From assembly GCA_000708835.1 (NCBI GenBank), contig DF237699.1, positions 1-36,948 on the forward strand: a stretch of DNA of 36,948 nt, read 5' to 3'. The position numbers and the translations under genes were made by a program. The notes beneath the pieces are model-generated. The model was given only the letters and a program-made list of their open reading frames with translations, did no database searches and was not told the DNA's origin. Positions 12,901-23,500 of this stretch are shown piece after piece (positions within the stretch are counted from its first letter, which is position 1; the number at the start of each line of letters is the position of its first letter). The stretch comes from Klebsormidium nitens (Eukaryota; Plantae; Klebsormidiophyceae).

Positions 12901-15315
12901 TGTGCGTTTGGCGCTTAAGCACGAACGATCACAGATGGGTCTTGATGGTCGTAGGCAAGAGGTCAGAGCCTATCAGCTTTGATCACTAGGAGTCAGGCCA
13001 GTCCGCTTCTCCATCACTACTCCGATCCAGTACTTCTAAGCTGAGGAGTCTTCCAATCGACTTCAGCCACGTGTAAGTAGATCCATTGATCCTTGCTGAG
13101 CTCCTACCTAACAATGGACTCGGGGTCATGAACTGGCTGTGGTGCGCTATTGGTTTTCCCTTGTTCTGAAAGCTAGCACTTACAACACAGGCAACGCCCT
13201 GATAGCTCCACTGTCCCACGCCAGGTAGCTTATCGGCGCTGCGACTAAGAGTTGTTTTGTTTCTGCGTACAGATATCCACAGCAGTTCGACGGCTTGGTA
13301 ATGATTACTGGACTGCGCGTGGGAGTGTTGCATCCCATAGCTTGTTTGAGAGATAGGAGTATGACGCCAGCGCCATCGGATACCGAAAGACACGTCTGCG
13401 AATGATTGGTACAGTACTGGATACATTCGTGACGCATGCTATGTATAAAATTCCTTATTGAATTCGGCCGAAGAAGCGCGCCACGAGAAGGAGGCGAGAA
13501 AAGGAGGCGCGAGAAGCCCACAGGACCTTCTTCTGCCGAAGCTGCAGCCTGAGATCCTCCCACCCCTCTCGCTAGCTGTTCTGATCCTGTTCTCGTGCAT
13601 GCTGTCAATATGCCTCGGCTATGATGACCTCTATGTGCTGTTTCTCTGGGCTTATTGCGCGCCAAGCACACTGCTGGAAGTTCGTAATGATAGATTGAGC
13701 CGCCGAGATTGCATTTGCGACATCTTGCAGAACTTTGCTCGTCTGTTGCCCATTGATCAGACGGCTCGGACTGGTTGTACTTCTCTTGTCGTGTCGGTGC
13801 GCAATCTCTTGCAGTCAACATTTGCAGTGGAGCTAGCACATTGTTATCTCATGCCGCGCGCCTTGATTGCAATTTTGTTCATTGCGCCCTTCCGGCGGCC
13901 GGCCGGAACCGCCTTGTTCCGGTTCGAATCCTCCCCCTGCTGTGGCCGTGAATGAATCTGGAGTACGGCTGAGAAAAACGTCCCAGTCGCATCTTAGACT
14001 CTGCTGGAGTACGACGCCACGTTTCGATTCAGAAAAATGCCACACTTCGGAAAAAAGCTTTTGCTCGTCGACAATCCCACTTTGGTGGGGCTTCATGTTG
14101 TACACTATTGTGGAATCCCTTATGCTAAGAATGAATCCCTAATAATTCAGAAAGCTTTCGGGTGTCAGTTGATAGTTGAAACGCATGTTTGTCTTGGATT
14201 TCTAGGAAAAGTGACGTGGTCTTTCAGCATGCCCACTTCGATCACAGGTGGGAGCAGCTGGTTGCGCAAAAGGACAAATAAGATTGGTACTCAGCAAACA
14301 CTTCAAACATGTAAGATCTGAGAGCTAACCTGCAAAAGTAATCCGATAGCGGTCCATCTGTCGTTACATCCTTCAAGCAGCACGGCCGCTTTGCATCCCT
14401 TCTAGGATATAGTAGTCTGGCTGTTGTCGGCCTCGAGCTTCTCGGCCGTCAACGACCAAGCTGTTCCTCAGCAAATAATTCTTCTCACGCGAACTTGGTT
14501 CGAGTCATACCGGCAGGTCACCACAAGTATAAAAAGGGATACAATTAGTCGTGCCTCTGATTTTGAGCTGGCGCGACTTGTCAAGCCCTTCAATCTTTGC
14601 GGGGCCTGCCTATGAATTCTTCGCGCTGCGTAGAGTCGTTTGGATGCCTCCGAGATTTACTGGAATAAATCGGGCATACGGCACTGATTGCCGGCCCGCA
14701 TGGGCTTCACACATCTCAAAGATGGTCAATGTTGTGATGAAGCCAACGTGCGGATTCCGAGGATTCAAGCGAAAGATACAATTGATTTTGACGTTATGGG
14801 GCCACCATTGGAACTTGGCGTCATGTGCACAGTACCTTCTAATGTACTTGATCGCACTGTGCCTTATACGTTCTTAAAGGGTCGACTTTTTCAGTCAACC
14901 CATTGCTTGTCAAGGCAAGCGCTGATAAACAAAAGCATTTCAGATCCACGAATACGCGCCCCATCAGGCGCGTATAGTTCAACACAACTCTCACAACTCA
15001 GATTCGGGCCCATTTATTATTCTGCAAACTCGATCCGAATTCGATACCGGCTGAAGAGCCGATCTTGCTGTAACGAACCGTCTCGTTTCAGAGTCTGCTT
15101 CATGGCATCCAACAAAGCGTTTCCTCGCATGAGCAACTGCCAATCGAGACCGTATCATAATTTGCCCTCGCTTGTATAAAAAGCAATTTGTAGATTCTTT
15201 GTACGTACACTAGTGGTTTACGTGTCGAAATCTTCGGCTAATGCATCCGTCATGTCGATTACATGTCTTCTATTATGTTGTTTAACTGCTGGCTGCTGTG
15301 AATAGATGAGATGCC

Positions 15316-15345
15316 TGGAGCTCCGTGCACAGGCACGGAGCTCCA
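15316..15345. repeat. Perfect 13-bp GC-rich hairpin
   Basis: tggagctccgtgc-acag-gcacggagctcca, read directly from the sequence. Confidence 0.8.
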
Positions 15346-16014
15346 CTGGCCTGGACTCTTTCGCCCCGACTCCGGAACCATGACGCCACTTTATTATCCT
15401 GAAATCTGTATTCCGTCCCCGGCCTCGGAGTTGCAAGGCTGTGAATCGTTGCACTGTCTGCTCTGCTGTGTGCACATTCTCGTGGGCTGCCCGCACGTGA
15501 TGCATCAATCTATGTTTATACTTCAAGTCAGCTCTCGCTTATCAGTGCGCATTCAACTTTAACAACTTGTACTCAGAAAGCTCCAATGGTTCATTGATGC
15601 ATATAAGGGGTGAGGCCCGATCTGTAGGCGGCTTAAGGTAGCTGCTTTAACAAAGTTCTTGCCCTCTGGGCCTGTCCATTGAAGACGACGTACGCAGGCA
15701 GTCTTTGAGGAAGAAAAAGAGGCGCAGTTTTGCTACAGGGCGTTCTCAAGCCCCGGCATGAGCGAACGCGCGCTTTTCTCAAATCGGACGTCATTGCGGG
15801 GTCCTTGCGGCAGATCGAGAATCGCGCGTCCGAGAAGTTAAAGGAAAAGTTTCTTCACAGCCACGACGTGTCAAAGCTGACTTTGAGTTGCCTCATATGA
15901 CGCTAGTTTCCCAGAGGTCTTCCTTTCGAACGGGTTTCGAACCAAACGTCTTTGGACGTGACCTGCAGAGCACCTGCAAAGATTCCACTGCTTACTGATG
16001 TCCGTTATACGCGT

Positions 16015-16470
16015 AGCTAGGCCGCGCGCGTGGGGAAGTTCGCGCGGGCGCGCCGGCACCTCTCCGAGTCTCTTCCTTTCAATGCTTTAGTTGCCGCACA
16101 ACAGGATGATCGTGGGCTGTCTGCGGAAATTCTAGTATCCGTCCTCATGCTATCAAAATCACCGTACCGCCGGGGCAATGTGGCCTCGACATGAATACTA
16201 CATTTATACTTTGATCTGGCCCTGGAGAGGGCCTGGAGATTGGTGCAGCCGGCACCCCCTGTTGCCAAAGTTGTACTTGTAGCTGCCTCCCATGGATCAG
16301 CATGTCGATCTGTCGATGGACACTGCCCGTACTGCGCAAGGCATGGGGCAAGCTCACATTGGCTCCCGGCGCCTCGATCTTGGGCCCCCGCCTGCGGCCC
16401 CCCGGGCGCGGGCCTCCGCGCCCGGGCCGGGCCGCCCCTTGCCCACCGTCGGCGCGCGCCCCATGCACGA
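16015..16470. other. CpG/GC-rich island-like segment
   Basis: Dense cgcg/ggcc runs at 16020-16060 and 16370-16465 against a ~50% GC background. A similar island lies at ~29230-29385. Confidence 0.45.
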
Positions 16471-16502
16471 CTCGGAATACTGTACATGTTTACGGAAAAC
16501 TA

Positions 16503-16792
16503 CCGTAGTCCAACGTGATGATTCCGAACGGATTTTCCCAGTAATATTTTACAACGATCCGACCAGGAATGCGGAATTATTCATGCAAATTCCGACCAGA
16601 ATCCGAGTGCCCTATGTTCACACTTGAAGAAGCAATTTGAGGTCTATTTTGGCAGTTTTCTGCCTTACGAGGACCATTTCGAAATTATTTTACCTTTCCG
16701 AATTTTACCTTTCCGAACGGGAAATCTGAATTTCTGGCTTTCCAAAGGCAGATATATATAAATTTATTCGGATTCATTACCTTGGACTACGG
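16503..16792. mobile_element. Tc1/mariner-superfamily (pogo/Tc2-like) MITE, 290 bp
   Basis: 26-bp TIRs ccgtagtccaacgtgatgattccgaa and ttcggattcattaccttggactacgg (23/26 match). TA target duplication at 16501-16502 and 16793-16794. AT-rich non-coding interior with a 15-bp tandem (attttacctttccga x2, 16687-16716). CCGTA termini plus a TA TSD are typical of Tc2/pogo-type elements. Confidence 0.88.
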
Positions 16793-16802
16793 TACGGTAT
16801 GG

Positions 16803-17048
16803 ATAATGGTACCTACCGTATCTCCTGTATCCTAGTCATCCGCGAAAACTACTCCGGTAAATCCTCGGACTTTGAAGGAGCGCGATTGTTTAAACGTGAC
16901 AACCGGGGGGACGGGTGGGTTGGTTTCTTGGCTAGGTTGTCCGCGGGTGCTGAGCCCGTATTACGATCATGTTTTGGATTAGAATTTAGGGTTTTGGTTG
17001 AGGCCCCCGGGGCCTGTGTACCTATCTCCAATCCAAAGTTACCAATAT
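16803..17048. mobile_element. Degenerate relative of the 7914-8111 element
   Basis: Identical 17-mer caaccggggggacgggt (16900-16916 and 7962-7978). cgggtgctgagcccgt versus cgggtgcggagcgcgt. Shared ttagggtttt and a shared right end agttacca(a/g)tat. Short imperfect inverted ends ataatggtacct and agttaccaatat. Confidence 0.6.
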
Positions 17049-17091
17049 GCGATATACCGGTGCTGTGTACTGGCAGGGACCATACTTACTA

Positions 17092-17177
17092 CCGTACTGT
17101 GTGCACGCCGGATTCTTGATGTACGGGCCAGTACGGCGGTGAGCCTGAAGCGGCAGTGAAGCCTACCTTAGCCGTAC
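17092..17177. promoter_or_regulatory. Cluster of CCGTAC/GTACGG (SBP/SPL-type) motifs upstream of the GLR
   Basis: Four copies in 86 bp (17092, 17121, 17131, 17172), about 400-480 bp upstream of the GLR ATG. GTAC-core CCGTAC is the established SBP-domain binding motif. Function here is inferred. Confidence 0.38.
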
Positions 17178-17575
17178 CGGAATTCGACTTCAATTTGCTG
17201 CAAAGCTTTTGAAGTTGCAGCTGCCCAAGGACGCGCCAAGGACGCACTGTGACGTGGTCAATCAGGCCTGAAGTCAGCTAGGAAGTCATGGCTCCCTGCT
17301 TCGCTTTCTCTACAGAAGATGCTAAATTCTGCAAGCAGCGCAGCTGTTTGCGCCTCTTAGCAGTCAGACCTTCAGCTCAAAAACCCAACCACGTTCCCCC
17401 AGCATAGTTCCTCTTATCATCATGCTCTTTGAGGGTCTTCGCTGCCGCTGTCAGGAGAACACAACGTGATAGGATAGGTTGACTCAGAGCAGGTCCCTCG
17501 AACAATCTTTGAATCAACAGCTAGCACATTATCTGAGCAAGGAAGGCAATCGTTTCTCTGAGAGTCGCAAACACA

Positions 17576-20500
17576 ATGGCTCAGAGGCTTGGTGTAGCGT
17601 TTCCCTTTCTGGTCCTCTGTTGGTTAAGTGGGGTGACGGGGAGGCTGCCCCAAGGAAAATTGAGCGCGACCGACATATACACCGTGTGTATGACAAACTT
17701 TCTCCCATACCAAACGTGTGTGGTGGGGGACACGACTCCAACAAATTTCTCAGGTGAGCTGATGACTCGTGTTAGTCTGATTCTTCTGTGGAATCTGAGC
17801 AGTGGAATATGAGCGGTCTCTTTTTTTTACCATCTGAGATGATACAAGAATGCATTAGGCCCTAATAAGTGACAAATAATAAATGGAAACATTTGGCAAT
17901 TTCTGAGGTTGATCACAGCTGGACGGAAACGACTTCTTTTCCTTCAAGAAGAGTTTGTAGTTGGCTTTTGGTTGTTGAAACTGCTGACTGATCGATGCAT
18001 TTTTAGATGGCTGACGCTGAAGGGCCAGCGCAGCTTGCTGGGACGTTCTGTTTGCTCACATTCAGTCATGCGATGGGGTTGCTCAAGGGCAGGTAAGGAG
18101 GTAGCAACTCAATGTGGGAAGTGCATGGGCTATAAGGATTCAAAATCATCTTGAATATACTTGATCAGAGATCTCCACAAGAGTGCTGCATGTTTGTGGA
18201 GCCAAAGCCAGGCCTTTTGGAAAGGCCTGCAATGCAATGCAAAGCCAACAAGTAGGAGCCTGCATCCTTAAATCTATTGTAGGTCCTGTGACGCTGTATG
18301 TATTTAACAGCCTGGTGGAAGCGCTCTTTTTTGAAAGCAATAAAGAGGGCGGGCCATCCACCTACACCAAAAAAGCAGCATAAGAGACATGTGGTCGACA
18401 AAAATGGTACTTTAAGGTCTACTCGATTCTCCTGAGGCAAAACATTTCTGGATTTTCTCTGGTAGTAATCACTAGTTGGAAGGTTGCCTCTTCGACACGT
18501 TTACCCCCTCGCAAAACCAATAAGGATAAATAGGCGTTGCCCTTTGACTGACCAGCATCTTTGATTGCCATCGTACTCTACGACATGATTTCCCTGGCTC
18601 GCTGGCAGCTGCGTATCCGACCTGCAAGGTGGATATTGCCCCAAGCTATTCAACATCTGGCGCTCCACCACAAGCGCCAGAATATTGGAGAATGTAACTT
18701 CTGGCCTTGAAGAGATCCGGACATTCCAGCTTTGGGTTCTTGCAGTAGAGGGACACTTTTGGAGCGCTTTCATAGCTCTGGTGGTCCTTGCGCGCTTTCG
18801 ACAAATCAACTGCTTGTCTAGCTCACAGTTCGCCAGAATGTGGCACCAATATGAGACTAATGACGCCGGGTGTTTCGCAGGCAATCTCATTCACTGTTGT
18901 GGGGCTCACTTTCCAGGCTCCCTCATGCCTCCTCACCCGGATTCCAAAGCTTGCATAGGAAGGTTGCGCTCCTCATTAATCGGTGTCCCACCAGCACTCT
19001 GCTCCGCTAGAAGGGCACCCGATTCATGCATAACCAGATCAAGTCAGGTCTGAGTTTTGCCTGTGCTCATAAGTTATTGTCATTCTGTTCAGGCTATGGC
19101 TCCGAACTTTTCCATCGGCTGGCTGCGCGGATGTTGTGGACGTACGGGCAAGACTACACCTTTGTGTGCCTCGACTTTATTGACGTCATAACAGACTTGG
19201 TCGATCCCACCGGCCGGTGTGACGTAGCTAGCTCCGCACTTTTGGTATGACTCCCTCTCAATTGAGCTCTCCTTTCTTCTTTCTAACTCGCCCATCAGTC
19301 CTTTTATGGCCAGCTCTCTATAATCAGGTCCCTTGTTTTCCTAATGGTTCTTTAACAAGCTTCCGATGTCATCAAGAGCCCCGCTTGAGATTCATTCCTG
19401 TTCTCAAGACGCACTTACAGTACCTTGAGACGAGGGTTTCGAGTGGGAGTTGTTGTATGCTTTGGTGACAAGAGTGCCATTGGTCTGATGTCTGATTGGA
19501 TTGTCATACATGGTGTTTGTGAAATCGGTCTTCTATGTTCCATAACTCTCGGACCGGTGTTCTTCTGATGCCTCCAACTTTTCTTAAGTGTTCCAGCGGA
19601 CATTAGAAGCTCAAGAGTTGACCTTCGGTGGTAAGATGAGCACACACACTCTGAGCACACACACTCTATTAGTCTGGACTCTGAAGGATTATAACAAGGC
19701 ATATGACTCCGCTTTTCTGTCAAACCCGAGTCGGAGCAGTTGACTTGTGGGTTAGGTTTTCAGCGTTAAAATGGAGGAGCTTTTATCGCCAGAGCTTGTT
19801 GATGTTAAAATGAAGAAATTTAGAGTTTGAGACATGGAAGCGCAGACCCAATCACACAGGCGTTGGTGTCGACGCCGAGAGCTTTCTGCAAGAAGCTAGT
19901 CCGACAGAGACTCGCTTGCTTCCCACAGTAAAGCGCTAGATTTCTGCAGAACTAACCCCGTCAGAGGACGGCGCATACTGTTGAGCTTTCCAAATCCTAG
20001 TCTGCTCTTTCCAAACTCTCACACGAGATTGAGGAAGATGATTTGGGAGTCACAAAATTTGCTTCCTTTCTCATCGACATTACAGGTCTCAAGCCAGGAC
20101 CAGAAATCAGGCATCAAGTTTGGATATCCCGACTACCATACTGGCCAGGGGGTGATGGTTTACGCCACCAGCAAGAAAACGAACCAATGGCTGTTCCTTG
20201 CTCCGTTCAGCTGGGAGGTCTGGGTCTTCTTGTTCGTGGCAGGTGGGTTTATCGGATGGTTACTTTTCTTAACTCTTCCTTTTCTCCGGGCAGCTAATGA
20301 CAAGCTAGAGTGTAAGGTCGGTGTAGAAATGCACCTTTGCAATCAAGCATTAGCGAGAGACACTTCTTCAGAGCGGTACCATTGAGTTGGAAAGTGTCGA
20401 GTGGCCTCTGTCCTCGCTGCCTAGCTACTAAGCCCACGTCAGTAGGCTTTGAACTCGTTGCTCCTCTCTGTTGAAGAGCTGCTAGCACTAGCTCCGCAAT

Positions 20501-23500
20501 TCTATCACAGTCTTATAAGGATCGGTTAGAAAGTCCGCTCCTCAGGATTTGCCACGAGCTTCCAAGTGCTGATAACGCCTGTCAAATTGGCAGGTGGATG
20601 GAAGCACACTCAGACAAAAGTCTGTTCACGCTTTCCGTTCGGCTTTCAAGATGGCAGGAGACGACTGTTTCTCTCGGATGCAAGACGAAAGTGATCATGG
20701 CGAGCCGACTTTTTACTTGAAGGTCTTCGTTTCGACCATAATCTCAGATGCTCAGTATACGTCAGAGTTAGCGTGCAGTTCCTCGCTGCGCTTCTTTCCT
20801 CCAGGATTTTAACTGCCTTAGAAAACAGGTAATGAACCGAGAGCCCGCCGGTTGGCACAGGCTCTGCATCGACCCCATAGCTTATCCCCTTGCCGGGTGC
20901 CCTTTTGCAGCTTTCTGTGTGGGCGTTTTCGTTCAGCTGGTGGAGAAGATAATGACCCCGGCCCGGACCGAAGGAGAGGAATACGAGGCGGGCCACGTTG
21001 GCTACGGTCATATGGTATGGTCAGGTGAGGATCGCTTATATGCGTTGGCCCCTCAAGCTTACGTTTATGTCTATGCATGAAGGTGTGATTGATCTTGGAG
21101 GGCGGCACGTCGATAACCCGATTTGAAGCGTCATGTCAGCGCTGAAATAAAACCAGAGCCCGCTAAAGAGCAAATCTTTATTCTACAAACTCTTCAAATC
21201 TCAATCGAACATCCATTTTCTGTTAGCCGCTAGGACTGGTGCCACTGGATCCGGACGATTCAAGTTTGGACGGCAAAATCCGTAATCGACTAACCAACAC
21301 CGTGATTGGCTGGGAATACCGTGTCCGAAATTGGATATCGGATGCACCCTTCCTGAATTACTCTCGTCCGAGATTAGGTGCACGAGTCTTATAACTCTAC
21401 CATCTCGGGCCGGATTCGCACAAAACTTCTGCTCGTCACCATCTTCTGATAGAATTCTTTTTGAAGGCTTGAGTTGAATTGGTAGAGACGACGGCTCAAC
21501 CAGAGATCAACCATGCGGCATGGTGAGGTGCGGAGTCGCTTTGTGGTTGTGCTGGCCGTTGGCGACAAGGTGCCAATCATTTTGCCGGAGCTTTGGGTGG
21601 TCCCTTTCGCGTTCTGCTTCTGCTTGCACATTTTTATCCTCGATTTCATGTTCGCTCGTTTGCACCGTCTTATTTTCGATCCTTTGCACCCTCTGGTCCT
21701 CGCTCGGTTGCACGTACTTAGCATTGCTCGCTCAATTGTTTCTTTTCTCGTTCGTTTGCACCCTTTATAATCCCTCCCGTTGCGACTTTTGATCCTGCTC
21801 GTTCGCGCTCTGCATCTTTTCTTTTGAGGAGTGGAACGCATAACCACTTCTGAAGGTGCCTGAATCCGGACGAATCCGTATCCCCTTGAGCAATGGAAAT
21901 GGCACTTGATCTGTCTGAATCCTGAGGGGCTCCAAGGTCACTCGCTTGGGTTGCCACTTTCTCGGTCGCTTTCAATCACCTTTCCAGACTGTCGCATAAA
22001 GGTCGTCAGTCGCTTTACTCGCAGACAAATCTGAACCTTTCAACGGACTTTGGCCTTTCCGGATCCCGTTGAGGGCCCAGACGTCTTCTTGCTTGTCCAT
22101 AAGTCCTGGGTGCGACACCGAATGCATTTGCTTTTCACTGCCGGAAAAGCTTTCGATGCACTCTCTCACAGCGGTCGCTTCAGGTGGTGCATAGTAGTGC
22201 CCAAGCTAGCCTGAAATCTTTTAATGATTATTTGACCCGTCCAGAGTAGTGTCAGGCCGCGTTTTATAGTTAAAAACCAAAAGAGCTCAAAATGTCCGAG
22301 ACCGGAACTGCCTAAAACGCTGTGCTGTTTAAGATCCCATCTGCCTCGGCAGCGAACTTTAACTGCAAACGATTGAACAGCTGATTGTTCTTTTCTCAAC
22401 TTCCCGTCCTGCTAAAAGAACTCGCGACCACGCAACTCGAACGTCCTGTTTTCCGCAAAGGGACCCCGCCGTTAACGACGCCCCGTGAGCCTCCACCTTG
22501 ACTGCCCTTCCACCCGCCAAAGGTTGTTGAAAGCTGGTCACATACTTTACCCAAAGTCTGGTAATCAAGAACGTAACCTTTCTGTGTTTCTTTTGCAGCC
22601 GGCGCACAGGTCGTGAACGCGTCGGAGCCGATGTCGGTCGTTTCCATACCGTCCCGCATCATCACTTTCGTCTGGTGCTTCGTCATCCTCCTGATTGTTG
22701 CTATGTACACCGGTAACGCCGCTGCGATCCTCACGGCCTCCAATGTCGACGTGGCAGTCCAGTGTGAGTCGCCTGAAAACCGGACACCAGTTCAGATTAG
22801 CAAGCGAGCCCAGGTTTGAGATCACTTCGGGTTGATTACGGTTTCAAAAAGGGGTCAACTGAGGCCGGGCCCGGTTCTCGAGTCGCGAACTATCGATTCT
22901 GACACGGCCCAAGTTTTGGCACTTACGTATCATGATTGCCTCTGGGCTGAATAAGAGTGGTTATATGTCCATTGAACTAGGCACGGCCCGTAACCAGAGT
23001 CGTAACGAGGTCAAAGCATATTTAATTACTTATAACGAGCCTGGGGTCTATCAGTCAGCCTGGTTGATAGACGGACCTTTTTGTATGAGAGCAGAAAAAG
23101 CTCAATCACAGCCTCAGGTTCCAAGGCCCGCTTCGCCTAGTGCCAGTTGAGAGTCATCTGGGTTTCGGTCACGCCAAAATTCTGGTCCGAAACTTGTTGA
23201 GACTGGCACGAATGTCTTCGGAGGACGCAGCGATTCAACGTGGGCGTTCTCGCTCAGGACCAGCATCAAGTTGTGGATTCAAGGTCAAGTAAAGCTTTGC
23301 AAAAGAGCAAACTTGTTTCAGCGTTGACTGTCCGTTATTGACCCCTTTGCAGAGGGTTGATGGGCTCAAGTCGCGACCATTCGCCCAGAGACTGGACGGA
23401 ATTTATCTTTGCCAGACCACCGCAATTTCGGAAAATACCGAGGCCGAAACAGCCGAGGTCGGTCTGAATGCTTTCTCTGGCTATTGCAGATCGGGCACCT

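Noticed and set aside
11820-13800. NLR-like motifs on the minus strand (INVLVGKSLIE, GPGSTKLVITS, SIGRLLSLEVLD, NLRELEL)
   Set aside because: The motifs are in the wrong order for NB-ARC-LRR and in different frames, with no P-loop, Walker B or GLPL.
13890-13945. GGTTCGAATCC B-box / tRNA T-loop
   Set aside because: Only 2 bp of the T-stem pair, and there is no acceptor stem, D arm or A box. At most it is a SINE remnant.
15845-15930. HVVAVKKL, kinase subdomain II-like (minus strand)
   Set aside because: It is flanked by stops, with no convincing Gly loop, HRD or DFG at proper spacing.
20243-20316. Read-through of GLR exon 3 (GGFIGWLLFLTLPFL) as M1
   Set aside because: Splicing at gtgggt (20243) to 20911 gives a better M1 (…FLFVAAFCVGVFVQLVEK) and keeps downstream phase.
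20997-21008. VGYG in the GLR, resembling the K+-channel / GluR0 TVGYG filter
   Set aside because: It lies between M1 and the pore helix (before MVW), not at the pore-loop tip, where the sequence is VVNAS.
22545-22590. Frameshifted LIT-DFG on the minus strand that could extend the intron-4 kinase relic
   Set aside because: It needs a frameshift, overlaps the GLR polypyrimidine tract, and has no HRD motif upstream.
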